A stretch of 64,000 nucleotides of DNA from an uncultured Chloroflexia bacterium (GTDB taxonomy: Bacteria; Chloroflexota; Chloroflexia; QHBQ01; JADMIH01). Shown here in pieces: positions 46,942-56,835 of the stretch. The stretch is taken from positions 832,001 through 896,000 of the forward strand of contig CAWCNY010000006.1 of NCBI GenBank assembly GCA_963797095.1, read 5' to 3'. Each line of letters begins with the position of its first letter. Position 1 is the stretch's first letter. The position numbers and the translations under genes were made by a program. A model generated the notes under the pieces. That model searched no databases. It worked only from the letters and a program-made list of their open reading frames with translations, and was not told where the DNA came from.

Positions 46942-47994
46942 TCAGCGTTTCTTCGCGTAGGCAGCGATGGTTGCGCCCTTGCCGAGGGCGGCCATTATTG
47001 GTGCGTACACTACGCTGAATAGAGCCAGCGGTAAGGCTGTCAGCAGCGCGACCAGAGTCTGGCGGCGAGCCGATCCTACTTCGTTTCCTTCGGCGTCCAC
47101 CACTTTCGCCGAGCGGGTCCGCAAGTAGTTATAGAGCAGGTTGTGGCGGAGGCCCATCTTGTTCTGAACGGTCTGCACCAGGCTGAAGAAGTCGTACTCG
47201 GTCGAGAAGAAGTTGGTGTCGCTGATAGTAAGCCCGGCTTTGTCGAGGGCGTGCTGCAAGGTGGCCTTCGTGAAGTGAGTGCGGTGGCGCGGCACGTCGA
47301 GATGGAACCAGCGTTTGCCTCCCCACCTGGCTTCGGGGCTTCCGAAGTTGGGCACGGCCACCAGCAGAGTGCCGCCCGGTTTCAGTATCCGTGCCACCTC
47401 CTGAAGCATAGCCCTGGGCGATTGGACGTGCTCCAGCACGTGCCACAGGATTACAAGGTCGAATTCGTTGTCGGGAAACGCGGCCTCCTCCAGCATGTGA
47501 GTGGTGATGGGGAGGCCCAACCGCTCACGAGCGTAGGTGGCTGCCTCATCGTTCAGTTCGGTGCCTGTAGGGGTCCACCCACGCTCGCGAAGCTTGTTCA
47601 AAAGCAGCCCGCGCCCGCAACCGATGTCCAGTACTTTGCCCGGCTTCTGGTGTTGCTCGATCTGGTAGGCCCGGTAGGTGTAGAGGTTGTCCAGAAGCCA
47701 TTCGACTATTTTGTTGAAGCGTTTGCCGCTGCCGTAATATCCCTTAGGATAGTAATGGTCTATCCGGCGTTCCGACAGGATAGGTGATGTGACGTATAGC
47801 TGGCAGTCGTAGCAGTAGCCGACCGTGAACGGGTCGCCGGTGATGTAGTCGCGGGTGACGAACATGGGAGTAAACCTGTTGCGCGGGTGGGTGCATATCA
47901 GGGTCGAGTGATCTCTGAGCCGGTGGTAAGTATGGTGGGTACGCCGCGATCCATTGCGGTTGACCTTGATTGGCAGCTTGATTGGAGTTTGCAT
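46942..47994 (-). CDS. Class I SAM-dependent methyltransferase (glycan-locus type)
   Basis: CYDC, VLDIGCGRG, WHVLEHV, LKPGG, VPN, DVPRH..HF. Confidence 0.9.
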   Translation of the reverse strand: MQTPIKLPIKVNRNGSRRTHHTYHRLRDHSTLICTHPRNRFTPMFVTRDYITGDPFTVGYCYDCQLYVTSPILSERRIDHYYPKGYYGSGKRFNKIVEWLLDNLYTYRAYQIEQHQKPGKVLDIGCGRGLLLNKLRERGWTPTGTELNDEAATYARERLGLPITTHMLEEAAFPDNEFDLVILWHVLEHVQSPRAMLQEVARILKPGGTLLVAVPNFGSPEARWGGKRWFHLDVPRHRTHFTKATLQHALDKAGLTISDTNFFSTEYDFFSLVQTVQNKMGLRHNLLYNYLRTRSAKVVDAEGNEVGSARRQTLVALLTALPLALFSVVYAPIMAALGKGATIAAYAKKR

Positions 47995-48092
47995 TATTGA
48001 GAAGTCATGTAATAGAGCGTACTTCTGGCTAGCTCAATTCGATTTCCTGCGCTGTTTTTACGGTGTTTGTTTGAAGGGCGATTATTCTCCCC

Positions 48093-48144
48093 CTCAATAG
48101 CTATTGGGCATTGGTGAGACAAAACGGGACAGCTTTTGGGGTGT
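48093..48144 (-). repeat. Conserved 52-bp intergenic motif, copy 3 (inverted)
   Basis: Minus strand ACACCCCAAAAGCTGTCCCGTTTTGTCTCACCAATGCCCAATAGCTATTGAG. Confidence 0.75.
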
Positions 48145-48281
48145 ACTTTCGGGTGATTCTTTGTGCCGGTCTGGTGTGCAACGACCGGCGATTTGTTTGA
48201 CGCTGTTCTGTTGGGCGTGATACAATTACCTGCGATGATGCTCTATCCTGAAAACGAGCTTTCATAAGTATACCTTATTGA

Positions 48282-50267
48282 GTGGGTGTTTCTCCGGTCT
48301 TGTGTGACCAGCGCCCGCCGAGTAGCTTCTCTGTGGTCTCCCCTATAACTCCTGAAATCCCGGCCCAAACTGCTGACCCTAACGAGTCAGAAACCAGCGC
48401 TGCCACCTGGGCGGTCCCATCGCGGCGCACAGGGCGCGCACGCCCGACGGTACGTTTGTGGGAGCCGCTCGGTGTCTTCGCAATCACTTTCGTGGTGCTC
48501 GCTATCTTCGTGCCCCGCATCACAACTTACCTCAACCCGACCACCGGTGACGAGCCGTTCTATCTGATGACCGCCATCAGTTTGATCAGGGATGGCGACC
48601 TTAACGAGTGTAACAACTACATACAACATGACGAAGCGGCTATCTACCCGTCTTTTTACGGCGTAAGCAGCACGGGTAGCGGCTATGTGAACTTCCCGGC
48701 AGATTGGCGGGGGTGGCCGGGGTCGCCTTTCCCTCTGCCTCCGCACCCGGCTATTATATCGCCTGCAAGCAGGCAGTGTTCCAGCAACTATAACCAGTAT
48801 CCCGTCAATTACGACAATCCGAACGGTGAGCTTTATTCCAAGCATGGATTAGGGCTTAGCCTCCTGGTAGCGCCTGCTTTCGCTATCGGGGGCCGGATAG
48901 TGGTGGTGTTCTTCTTGTGCCTGCTGGGGGCTATGCTGGCTGCGAATGTCTATTTGCTGGCCCGCGAGTCGGTTGTGAATGTGGGGGCTGCGGTGCTTAC
49001 ATGGGTGGCCTTCGCTTTCACCGTTCCACAAATGCCGTACTCATTCTTGATCTTCCCTGAGCTACCAGCCGCGCTCCTGACGTTGTATGCGTTCCGGCGT
49101 ATCCGCCGGTGGAAGAATAATCTGTGGCAGGTGATCGGGATGGGGTTATGTGTGGCGTTCCTGCCGTGGCTGCACTATCGCTTCGCGCCTATCTGCGTGG
49201 GCCTGGCGATCTACTATATTTACCAGATGAGGCGGCATAGAAAGGATCCAGGCAGCAAGCTCATACGGAACAATGTGCTGCTGGGGGGGATCGTGGGTGT
49301 GTCGGCGGTGTTGCTGATGCTGCTCTTTTTTACGCGTTATGGCACGCCCTGGCCGAATGGATCGGACCACGCGGGGATCAACGACGTGGCGGGGACTTTG
49401 CGGGGGGCTGTGGGGCTGTTCCTCGACCAGCAATGGGGCCTGTTCGTGGCTTCGCCTATCTTCATCTTGCTGCTGGTGGGCATCATTCTGATGTGGGTTA
49501 TGCCAGGATGGCGGCGCGACCTGGGGTGGATCGCGGCGGTGTCGGTGCCCTATTTCCTGGTAATCGCCAACTACGCGCAGTGGTGGGGCGAGTGGTGCCC
49601 ACCTGGGCGCTACCTGGAGTCGATCCTGCCTTTGTTCGCCCTGCCCTTTGCTATTTCGCTGGATAATATCAAGGGCGTCATTTACCGGGGTATTTACGGG
49701 GTGCTGTTATTGCTATCGCTTCTTACGATGTGGGGTTTCCTGTACCAACCCCAGTGGATGTACAACCAGCCGGTGGTGTCGGGGGCGCTCAACGGCAAAG
49801 CGGAGTTGTTGGTACACGGGTTTCCCGCACTGGCAACTGCGCTGCATCTGTCTTTCCTGAGCAATATCGACCTGACGGGGTTCTTCCCGTCTTTTGTTTC
49901 GCCTTACTTTGCATATTATATGGGGCCGACATATGGGGATGCCGCGTCGGAGGCCGCCTGGCGCACCAGTTTCCTGCCTCTTGTCATAATCATACTGATC
50001 ATATTTGTGAGCCTGTTGCTGGCATGGTCGAGCGTTATGCGCAACACGACCACAGGCGGCAGCGCGAGCACAGGCGACGCGGGAGGGGATCAATCAGGGC
50101 GCGAGCGCGAGAGCACCCAGGGCCCACTGGAGCCTGCCCCGTTACCCACGCAGAATGCGACGGCGACCACCGAATCTTGCGAGGGTGCGCCGTATTTCGG
50201 TAAAATGTTGGCTGGCGCATATTTTCGGGCAGTTGTTCGGCGTGCCCGGCCCGTTCCCGGTAGTTAA
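48282..50267 (+). CDS. GT-C fold membrane glycosyltransferase-like protein
   Basis: TGDEPFYL...SLIRDGDL, YSKHGLG, IFPE, LPWLH.RF, GLFLDQQWGL, WWGEWCPPGRYL; start uncertain. Confidence 0.8.
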   Translation: MGVSPVLCDQRPPSSFSVVSPITPEIPAQTADPNESETSAATWAVPSRRTGRARPTVRLWEPLGVFAITFVVLAIFVPRITTYLNPTTGDEPFYLMTAISLIRDGDLNECNNYIQHDEAAIYPSFYGVSSTGSGYVNFPADWRGWPGSPFPLPPHPAIISPASRQCSSNYNQYPVNYDNPNGELYSKHGLGLSLLVAPAFAIGGRIVVVFFLCLLGAMLAANVYLLARESVVNVGAAVLTWVAFAFTVPQMPYSFLIFPELPAALLTLYAFRRIRRWKNNLWQVIGMGLCVAFLPWLHYRFAPICVGLAIYYIYQMRRHRKDPGSKLIRNNVLLGGIVGVSAVLLMLLFFTRYGTPWPNGSDHAGINDVAGTLRGAVGLFLDQQWGLFVASPIFILLLVGIILMWVMPGWRRDLGWIAAVSVPYFLVIANYAQWWGEWCPPGRYLESILPLFALPFAISLDNIKGVIYRGIYGVLLLLSLLTMWGFLYQPQWMYNQPVVSGALNGKAELLVHGFPALATALHLSFLSNIDLTGFFPSFVSPYFAYYMGPTYGDAASEAAWRTSFLPLVIIILIIFVSLLLAWSSVMRNTTTGGSASTGDAGGDQSGRERESTQGPLEPAPLPTQNATATTESCEGAPYFGKMLAGAYFRAVVRRARPVPGS

Positions 50268-50277
50268 GGAGTAGTTG

Positions 50278-53200
50278 ATGGCTTCGATTGGCGAAGTTGA
50301 TCCTACAACGCCCATAGCCGCTCCACCTGACCCAGCCCTTGAGCCGGAGATCATTCACCCTGCCGTGCAGCCGCCCCAGCAGGTGGTTATCGCGCCTGAG
50401 AGCCAGGCGCGAGAGCGCGTGATGGGTATTCTACGCCGGGTGTGGATGGCTCGCGGCTTCTTTGGCGGGTTGGTGGCGATGGTGCTGGCGTTCAACGCGC
50501 AACGAACGCTTATCGAACAGGGCGATTGGGTGACGGCTCAACGCTACTATTTGATCGCCTTTGTTATTTTGATCCTCAGCCTCATGCACCCGACTTTCGA
50601 GTTTTTCCGACGCGAGAGCAAGCGGGTAGAGGATAAGACCGGGGATACGGTGGCGTCTTCCGCCACAGTCGTGGATGTGCCTCCCGCTAACGGTGTGGAG
50701 GCCCTGACACCACTTGCTCCGCGCGCCCGCAGGGCGTACGGCACGAGCATCGATGGTAACGGTCATAGCAATGGTAACGGCGCTGGCGATCTGGCGACTC
50801 AGAAGCAGCTAACCGGCCTCGAAGTGATGGCCCCTCTTCCGACGCGCAGGGCTGGGAGCAAAACCGTGCTTGCTTCGCCTGCGCCGTCAATAGCGGAGAC
50901 GACGGTTATCGCGAAGCCGCAAGCTGCGGCTGAGGTAGCTGCTCCCGTTCGACATAAGACGAGGCCTTTGGACCTATCGGAACTGCCGGAGACGGCACAT
51001 CTCGCGGAGATCCCCAGGTTCCTGGTCAAAGTGAAGGCGTTCTACCTGGAATTGCGGGCGGACCTGGGTTGGAAGGTTACGCTGCCTTTATTCTTGATAT
51101 CGCTGGCGCTGGTTGTGTCGGCTTATCTCATGCTGCATGACAATCTCGCCAACGCGCTGGCAGGGTGGGTGTGGTTCGCGTCCATGAGCCTGATCATTGT
51201 GACGTTTTATGGCGCGCCGAAATGGCTCAGCAATCTGAAAGGCTTGCTCGATGGCCCGGACGATGGGTTCTTTGCCGGGGGCGTGCCGCAGATACCGATG
51301 CGGCTTGAGATATTTCTGGCGCTGGTGTTGATGGTGGGTGCGCTTGTAATACGGCTTTACAACCTTGATTATTTGCCCGGCATTTTTGGCGACGAAGGCG
51401 AGCGCGGTATTGACGCACGCGGAATCATGAACGGCAACACCGATGTGATCTGGGGAGCAGGGTGGTGGGTGGTGCCGAACGTCTATTTCTATGCTCTCTC
51501 GTGGACACTCCGCATGTTTGGGGACAACATGATCGGCGACCGGATGCTGAACGTTATCTCCGGCATGCTGATCATCTACTTTATCTACAGGATTGGCCGC
51601 CTGCTGTGGGGAGTGCGTGCCGGGCTGCTTGCAGGGGCGCTGCTGGCGGTGTCGCCTATCTGGATTCAGTTCAGCCGCCACGCCAGCGAAAGCACCCCCA
51701 CGATTGTAGGGTGGGCGTTGGGCTTTCTGTTCCTGTATCGCGCTCTGCGCTTCCGCTACTGGGTGGATTGGGCGCTTGCGGGGATGGCGTTCGGCTCAAG
51801 CCTCTACTTTTATGCGGCGGGCAAGCTGGTTGTGCCGCTGTTGGCCGCTGCCGGTGCCTATATGCTGGTGCGCTGGCGCTGGGAATTCGTCAAGAGGTAT
51901 CTCGCGGGTTATGTGCTGATGCTGGGTACATTCTTCCTGACCTTCATGCCGCATTTTATCTATTTGCAGGCGGGTAACTTCACCGCCATGTTTCAGCGGG
52001 CCAACGAGACCTCGATATTCTCGCCGGGCCTTGCCGCTATGATCTTCGGCAACCACGGGGTGCCGTACGATCCGAGCCTGGCGAACCTGTCGCTGGTGGA
52101 CAACCTGTTGAAAGCTCCCGGCGCATGGGCGCTTGTGATCTACAACCAGGCGCGTATCAGCTTCGATTCGCTGTACCGGGTGGGCGATACGACCTTCTTT
52201 TATCCAATTCGCGACCATAACGGCAGCCTTCTTACCCCATTACTGGCGAGCCTGTGCCTGCTCGGGGTGGTCTACTTCACGTGGAAATTGTGGGATGCGC
52301 GATACGGACTGGCCGTGATCTGGTTCTGGATAGGTCTGGCGGCGGTTATCTTTACTATCGATACCCCACACGTGCAGCGCATTGTGGGCGCGTGGCCCGT
52401 GTTGTTCTTGTTCCCGGCTGTGATGATCGACCGGGTTGCGGCCTCGGCCTGGCCCCTGAACATCAAGTTCGCCAGGCGATGGTTGGCTATTCCACTGGTG
52501 GGGTTGGTGATATTTGCGTCTGTGGAAGGCTTGAGAGAGTATTTCGTCATCTACGAAGCGCAGTGCTCGATCTGCGGCTCGACTGTGCAGGCGCGGTTTG
52601 TGGCAACGATGGGGCAAGATTACAAGGGCTACCAGTTTGGGGTGGGTGGTTACCCAGTTTACTTCAATTACGGGAGCACTCGGTTCACATCGCCCGATGT
52701 GGAGGGCGAGGACATGAACGTGCCGATGGACCATTTCCCGGTGACGGATAACAACGGCAAGGGATTGGCTTTCATTCTGTATCCGGCCAATCTCCAATAC
52801 CTACCAATATTGCATATGATGTACCCGGATGGAGTGCAGAAGGATGGGAAGGGGAACGATGGATCGTTCTGGTTCACAGCCTACGAGGTCAGCCAGGCGC
52901 AGGTCAATGACATACAGGTTAGCTTCGCGTCGTATACCGATGCGCGTGGCAACACCGTCCATCGCAACGAGCCTAACCTGGGTACGAGCCGTCAGCCTGG
53001 GGCCACCATCTGGAGCGCACCACCGCAATTGAGCTCCCCGATGAATGCTAGCTGGGAAGGGGGTCTGGTCGCGCCCGACTACGGCCAGTACACTTTCTTC
53101 CTGTCGGGCGATACAGATGCTACCTTCGAGATAGATGGCGAAACGCTGTTGCGTTCGAACAGCCAGGCGACCGTGGTGCTGGCGGGAGGCCCCCACACGG

Positions 53201-54648
53201 TGAAACTGAGCGGCACATTGGCCGATCAAAGCGCCAGGGTTGACCTGCGATGGGCGGGTGGCGGGGGCGCGCCTATGCCTATAGGATCTAACTTCCTCTA
53301 CAACGGCGTGCTGGGTGGCCTCACGGCTTCAATAGGATTTGATTCGAGCGCTCAGATCGATGCTCCCGATCCACTTGCCAGCCAGATACCTTACAAGTAC
53401 GAGATACACCCGTTCCTGTCGGTCAGGGACGCGGGCGCTCAGTCCACCAGCTTCGGTGGACGCCCGTCCTTCGTGCGGTGGCAGGGGACGCTTTATGCGC
53501 CAACCGACGGCCAGTACAGCTTCTCGATTGCCTCGAATGGGGCTTACGCGATGATGCTTGATGGGCAGATGGTGCTCGACAGCCAGGCTGCGGGCAGCGT
53601 GCAGAACCCAATAACCCTCACCGAGGGCGAGCACACTGTGGATGTGCGCTATGCCTGGCAGGGGCAGAGTGGGGGCGTGTTCGAGTGGTTCTGGGCACCG
53701 CCGGGAGGCCAGCAAGCGATAGTGCCTCCCAGCGTATTGACCCCGCTCAAGAGGATGTGGCAGCCCAACGAAGTAACCGCGCCAACGTCTGTTCCTAACC
53801 TCGCGCCGCCCGCACCCCCGGCTGTGGGCATCAAGGCCGATGCGCTGCTGGGAGCAGATGCAGACCTGAAGGAAGCACGTGGGCTGGGAGCAGATGCAGA
53901 GGGGAATGTGTATATAAGCGACAACGGCAACCACCGGATACTGGTGCTCGATTCGGTAGGTAGAACGGTCAGGGTCCTGGGTAGCGAGACCGACGCTTCT
54001 GCCGAAGGCAAGTTCAACGTGCTCAGCGACATCTATACAAGCCCCGATGGACACCTCTATACGTTGGACACGAAGAACGGCGATGTGCATGTATTCAATC
54101 CTGATGGGACGGTGCAACATTACTTCCAGGGTCTCACGCCTTCGTCGCTCGGTATTACGGCAGGGATCGATGGCAAGATATACATCGCGAATACTGTAGG
54201 GAGCGCCGTGCTGGTCTTCTCGCCCGATGGTGTGCTCTTGAACAGGTTCGTGGGAGGGCCGGATGGCACGCTCCAACATTTCGAGCAGCCGATCGATGTA
54301 GCGGTGGCTCCGGATGGGACGATATATACGGTGGATATGCGAAATCGTGTGGCGCAACTGGATGGGAATGGTTTTGTGGTGCGAGAGTGGCCTGTGCAGT
54401 GGGGTGGTGCTCTCGGGGGCAGTCACCTTGTATACCGGGAGAACAAGGTGGTTATGACCGACTCGGATCGCAACAGGCTGACTATTATTGACCCAACGAC
54501 TAACCAGATATCGTTCGTGGGGAAGGATGGCGGCAGCGATTCTCAGATGCACATCCCTGTGGGGATCGCCGTCGGTCCCAACGATAAGGTGTATGTGATG
54601 GACAGCGGCAACAACCGGGTGCTGGTGTTCAACGACCTGGAGCCTTAA
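50278..54648 (+). CDS. GT39/PMT_2-like GT-C glycosyltransferase with PA14-like and NHL domains
   Basis: RLYNLDYLPGIFGDEG, QFSR, multiple TMs; WEGGLVAPDYGQYTF and RWQGTLYAPTDGQYSF (PA14-like); C-terminal NHL repeats. Confidence 0.85.
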   Translation: MASIGEVDPTTPIAAPPDPALEPEIIHPAVQPPQQVVIAPESQARERVMGILRRVWMARGFFGGLVAMVLAFNAQRTLIEQGDWVTAQRYYLIAFVILILSLMHPTFEFFRRESKRVEDKTGDTVASSATVVDVPPANGVEALTPLAPRARRAYGTSIDGNGHSNGNGAGDLATQKQLTGLEVMAPLPTRRAGSKTVLASPAPSIAETTVIAKPQAAAEVAAPVRHKTRPLDLSELPETAHLAEIPRFLVKVKAFYLELRADLGWKVTLPLFLISLALVVSAYLMLHDNLANALAGWVWFASMSLIIVTFYGAPKWLSNLKGLLDGPDDGFFAGGVPQIPMRLEIFLALVLMVGALVIRLYNLDYLPGIFGDEGERGIDARGIMNGNTDVIWGAGWWVVPNVYFYALSWTLRMFGDNMIGDRMLNVISGMLIIYFIYRIGRLLWGVRAGLLAGALLAVSPIWIQFSRHASESTPTIVGWALGFLFLYRALRFRYWVDWALAGMAFGSSLYFYAAGKLVVPLLAAAGAYMLVRWRWEFVKRYLAGYVLMLGTFFLTFMPHFIYLQAGNFTAMFQRANETSIFSPGLAAMIFGNHGVPYDPSLANLSLVDNLLKAPGAWALVIYNQARISFDSLYRVGDTTFFYPIRDHNGSLLTPLLASLCLLGVVYFTWKLWDARYGLAVIWFWIGLAAVIFTIDTPHVQRIVGAWPVLFLFPAVMIDRVAASAWPLNIKFARRWLAIPLVGLVIFASVEGLREYFVIYEAQCSICGSTVQARFVATMGQDYKGYQFGVGGYPVYFNYGSTRFTSPDVEGEDMNVPMDHFPVTDNNGKGLAFILYPANLQYLPILHMMYPDGVQKDGKGNDGSFWFTAYEVSQAQVNDIQVSFASYTDARGNTVHRNEPNLGTSRQPGATIWSAPPQLSSPMNASWEGGLVAPDYGQYTFFLSGDTDATFEIDGETLLRSNSQATVVLAGGPHTVKLSGTLADQSARVDLRWAGGGGAPMPIGSNFLYNGVLGGLTASIGFDSSAQIDAPDPLASQIPYKYEIHPFLSVRDAGAQSTSFGGRPSFVRWQGTLYAPTDGQYSFSIASNGAYAMMLDGQMVLDSQAAGSVQNPITLTEGEHTVDVRYAWQGQSGGVFEWFWAPPGGQQAIVPPSVLTPLKRMWQPNEVTAPTSVPNLAPPAPPAVGIKADALLGADADLKEARGLGADAEGNVYISDNGNHRILVLDSVGRTVRVLGSETDASAEGKFNVLSDIYTSPDGHLYTLDTKNGDVHVFNPDGTVQHYFQGLTPSSLGITAGIDGKIYIANTVGSAVLVFSPDGVLLNRFVGGPDGTLQHFEQPIDVAVAPDGTIYTVDMRNRVAQLDGNGFVVREWPVQWGGALGGSHLVYRENKVVMTDSDRNRLTIIDPTTNQISFVGKDGGSDSQMHIPVGIAVGPNDKVYVMDSGNNRVLVFNDLEP

Positions 54649-55553
54649 TGAGAACAGAGGCGAATCGAGGGGCCGGGGAGGCTGAAGGGAGGGCTATGCC
54701 ACCTTCTTCATCGGGGGCGCAAACGCCGAAGGTGATAGTGGTGATGCCTGCGTACAATGCAGCGCGGACAGTAGCCAAAACGCACGGCGATATCCCCCCC
54801 GATCTCGTCTCGAAGGTGATCCTGGTGGACGATGCGAGCCAGGACGATACGCCTGAGATAGCGCGCCAGCTTGGGTTGGATGTGATCGTGCATGTCCAGA
54901 ATAAGGGCTATGGCGGCAACCAGAAGACGTGCTACATGGAGGCATTGGGCGCAGGCGCTGATATCGTGGTGATGCTCCACCCGGATAACCAGTATGATGC
55001 CACGCGCATCCCCGCTATGATCGCGCCGATAATGGACGGGCAAGCAGACCTTGTGCTTGGATCGCGCTTGCTTGGTGGGCGGTCAGCCACCCTTGAGGGC
55101 GGCATGCCAATCTGGAAATATATCTCCAACCGTTTCTTGACGGTGGTGGAGAATCTGGCGTTCGGGACGCACCTTTCGGAGATGCACACAGGGTTCCGCG
55201 CGTACTCGCGCCGCCTGCTTACTACGATACCGTTTTTGCTAAACTCCGACGATTTTGTGTTTGATAGCGAAGTGATAGCGCAGACCGCGGCGTTCGGCTT
55301 CTCTATAGTGGAAGTATCTGTGCCAACCCGATACTTTCCAGAGGCGTCCAGCGTGAACTTTCGCAGGAGCGTGGTGTATGGGCTGGCTACGCTCAACGTG
55401 GCGCGCAAGTACTGGTTGAACAAGATGGGCATACGCAAATACCCGCTCTTTCGCAAGAAGCTCGCGAATATCCTCAGCCGCGAGTACAAGACGCGCATCC
55501 TTGGGACGACCGGGGATGGCGGTAGCGGTACGAGTGGAAAGGGCATGAAATAG
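54648..55553 (+). CDS. GT2 polyprenol-phosphate sugar synthase-like glycosyltransferase
   Basis: VVMPAYNA, LVDDASQD, NKGYGGNQKTCY, MLHPDNQY, GSR, HTGFRAYS. Confidence 0.92.
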   Translation: MRTEANRGAGEAEGRAMPPSSSGAQTPKVIVVMPAYNAARTVAKTHGDIPPDLVSKVILVDDASQDDTPEIARQLGLDVIVHVQNKGYGGNQKTCYMEALGAGADIVVMLHPDNQYDATRIPAMIAPIMDGQADLVLGSRLLGGRSATLEGGMPIWKYISNRFLTVVENLAFGTHLSEMHTGFRAYSRRLLTTIPFLLNSDDFVFDSEVIAQTAAFGFSIVEVSVPTRYFPEASSVNFRRSVVYGLATLNVARKYWLNKMGIRKYPLFRKKLANILSREYKTRILGTTGDGGSGTSGKGMK

Positions 55554-55579
55554 AGGATTGTAGGGTTGAGGTCAAGGCG

Positions 55580-55608
55580 CAGAGGGCGACCCGCTGGGTC
55601 GCCTCTAC
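55580..55608. repeat. GTAG-type REP-like hairpin
   Basis: CAGAGGGCGACCC-GCT-GGGTCGCCTCTAC. Confidence 0.6.
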
Positions 55609-55629
55609 AATGCAACAAAAGGAATTATC

Positions 55630-56829
55630 TTGTTTAAATCCCGCCAACTCATAATCGGCCTCGTAATCAGCGTGATCTTCTTCGCGCTGGCAGTGCTTGA
55701 TATAGACCCTGCGCAAGTGTGGACGGCTTTCACACGTGCTAACTACCTGGCCTTGATCCCGGCGCTGCTGGTTTATTTCATCGGCGTGTGGGTGCGCGCT
55801 GTTCGATGGCGCATACTGCTGCGGCCCATATTGCCTGAGAAGAGCCGGAGCGGTCTGCTTCGTATCTTTGAGGTGGTCGTCATTGGGTATATGGGCAACA
55901 ACGTCTTTCCTGCTCGTATAGGAGAGCTTGTGCGAGCTTATGTGCTGAGCCTTCGGGAGAATGTGCGTAAGACCGCCACGCTGGCGACCATACTTGTCGA
56001 AAGAATCTTCGATGGGTTGACGATGATCGGGTTTGCGGCGGCAGTAGTGCTTTTTGTGCTGATCGTAGATAGCAAGGCGCTGACGACCGGGGCCGACCAT
56101 AAGCTAGGCACGCTCCTTATGAGCTTGAGCATTCCTATCGTGATCGGGGCGGTGGTGTTCCTGGGGGCGCTGGTGGTGTTCCTGGCGGTCGCTTCATCGC
56201 CGAACCTCATGCTCAGGCTGGCGAAAGTGGCGTTTCGTTTCTTGCCCAATCGCTTGCACCAGCGAGCCGACCGCCTTATGAGCTCATTCATTGATGGGCT
56301 GGCCTCGCTCAAAAGTCCCTCCAATATGGCGGCAGTGTTTGGGCTTTCTATTGTGGCCTGGCTTTTTGAGGCAAGTATGTACTACATAATAGGAGCATGG
56401 GGCTTTGACCTGCGCGGAAGCGATGGGCTGCCTCTGCCCTTTTATGTGTATGTGCTGGCAACGGCTGCGGTGAACCTGGGGACGCTGATACCGCAGGCTC
56501 CAGGTTATGCGGGGGTCTTTGAGGCGATTGCCAAGGGGGTGCTTGTGGGCGCGTTCGGGGTGGACGAGAACGCTTCTCTTTCTTATGTGCTTGTGCTGCA
56601 TGCAACTTTGTTGATCCCGATAACGCTGCTGGGCTTTTTCTATACGGCCCACCAGAGTATTACCTACAAACAGTTGGTGGAACTTGAGGAGACACGTGCC
56701 GAGGCCTCGGAGCAGGCCCATGAGTTTGAAGGCCCGCTTACGGATATAGACCTAGTACGAGAAGGTAAGATTACAGAAGGCGACACATCTGCCGAAGCAC
56801 GCCTGGAGCAAGCAGGCGAAGGAAGGTAA
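55630..56829 (+). CDS. LPG_synthase_TM (UPF0104) flippase-like membrane protein
   Basis: RAVRWRILL, GYMGNNVFPARIGE, VERIFD, PQAPGYAGVFE. Confidence 0.9.
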   Translation: MFKSRQLIIGLVISVIFFALAVLDIDPAQVWTAFTRANYLALIPALLVYFIGVWVRAVRWRILLRPILPEKSRSGLLRIFEVVVIGYMGNNVFPARIGELVRAYVLSLRENVRKTATLATILVERIFDGLTMIGFAAAVVLFVLIVDSKALTTGADHKLGTLLMSLSIPIVIGAVVFLGALVVFLAVASSPNLMLRLAKVAFRFLPNRLHQRADRLMSSFIDGLASLKSPSNMAAVFGLSIVAWLFEASMYYIIGAWGFDLRGSDGLPLPFYVYVLATAAVNLGTLIPQAPGYAGVFEAIAKGVLVGAFGVDENASLSYVLVLHATLLIPITLLGFFYTAHQSITYKQLVELEETRAEASEQAHEFEGPLTDIDLVREGKITEGDTSAEARLEQAGEGR

Positions 56830-56835
56830 ACTGAA

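Noticed and set aside
35000-48200. oriC at the C-to-G skew switch
   Set aside because: No dnaA/dnaN or DnaA-box cluster seen, and the skew is patchy rather than a single switch.
53329-54552. 407-aa antisense ORF and similar shadow ORFs throughout
   Set aside because: They lie opposite well-supported genes in GC-rich sequence and show no family signal.
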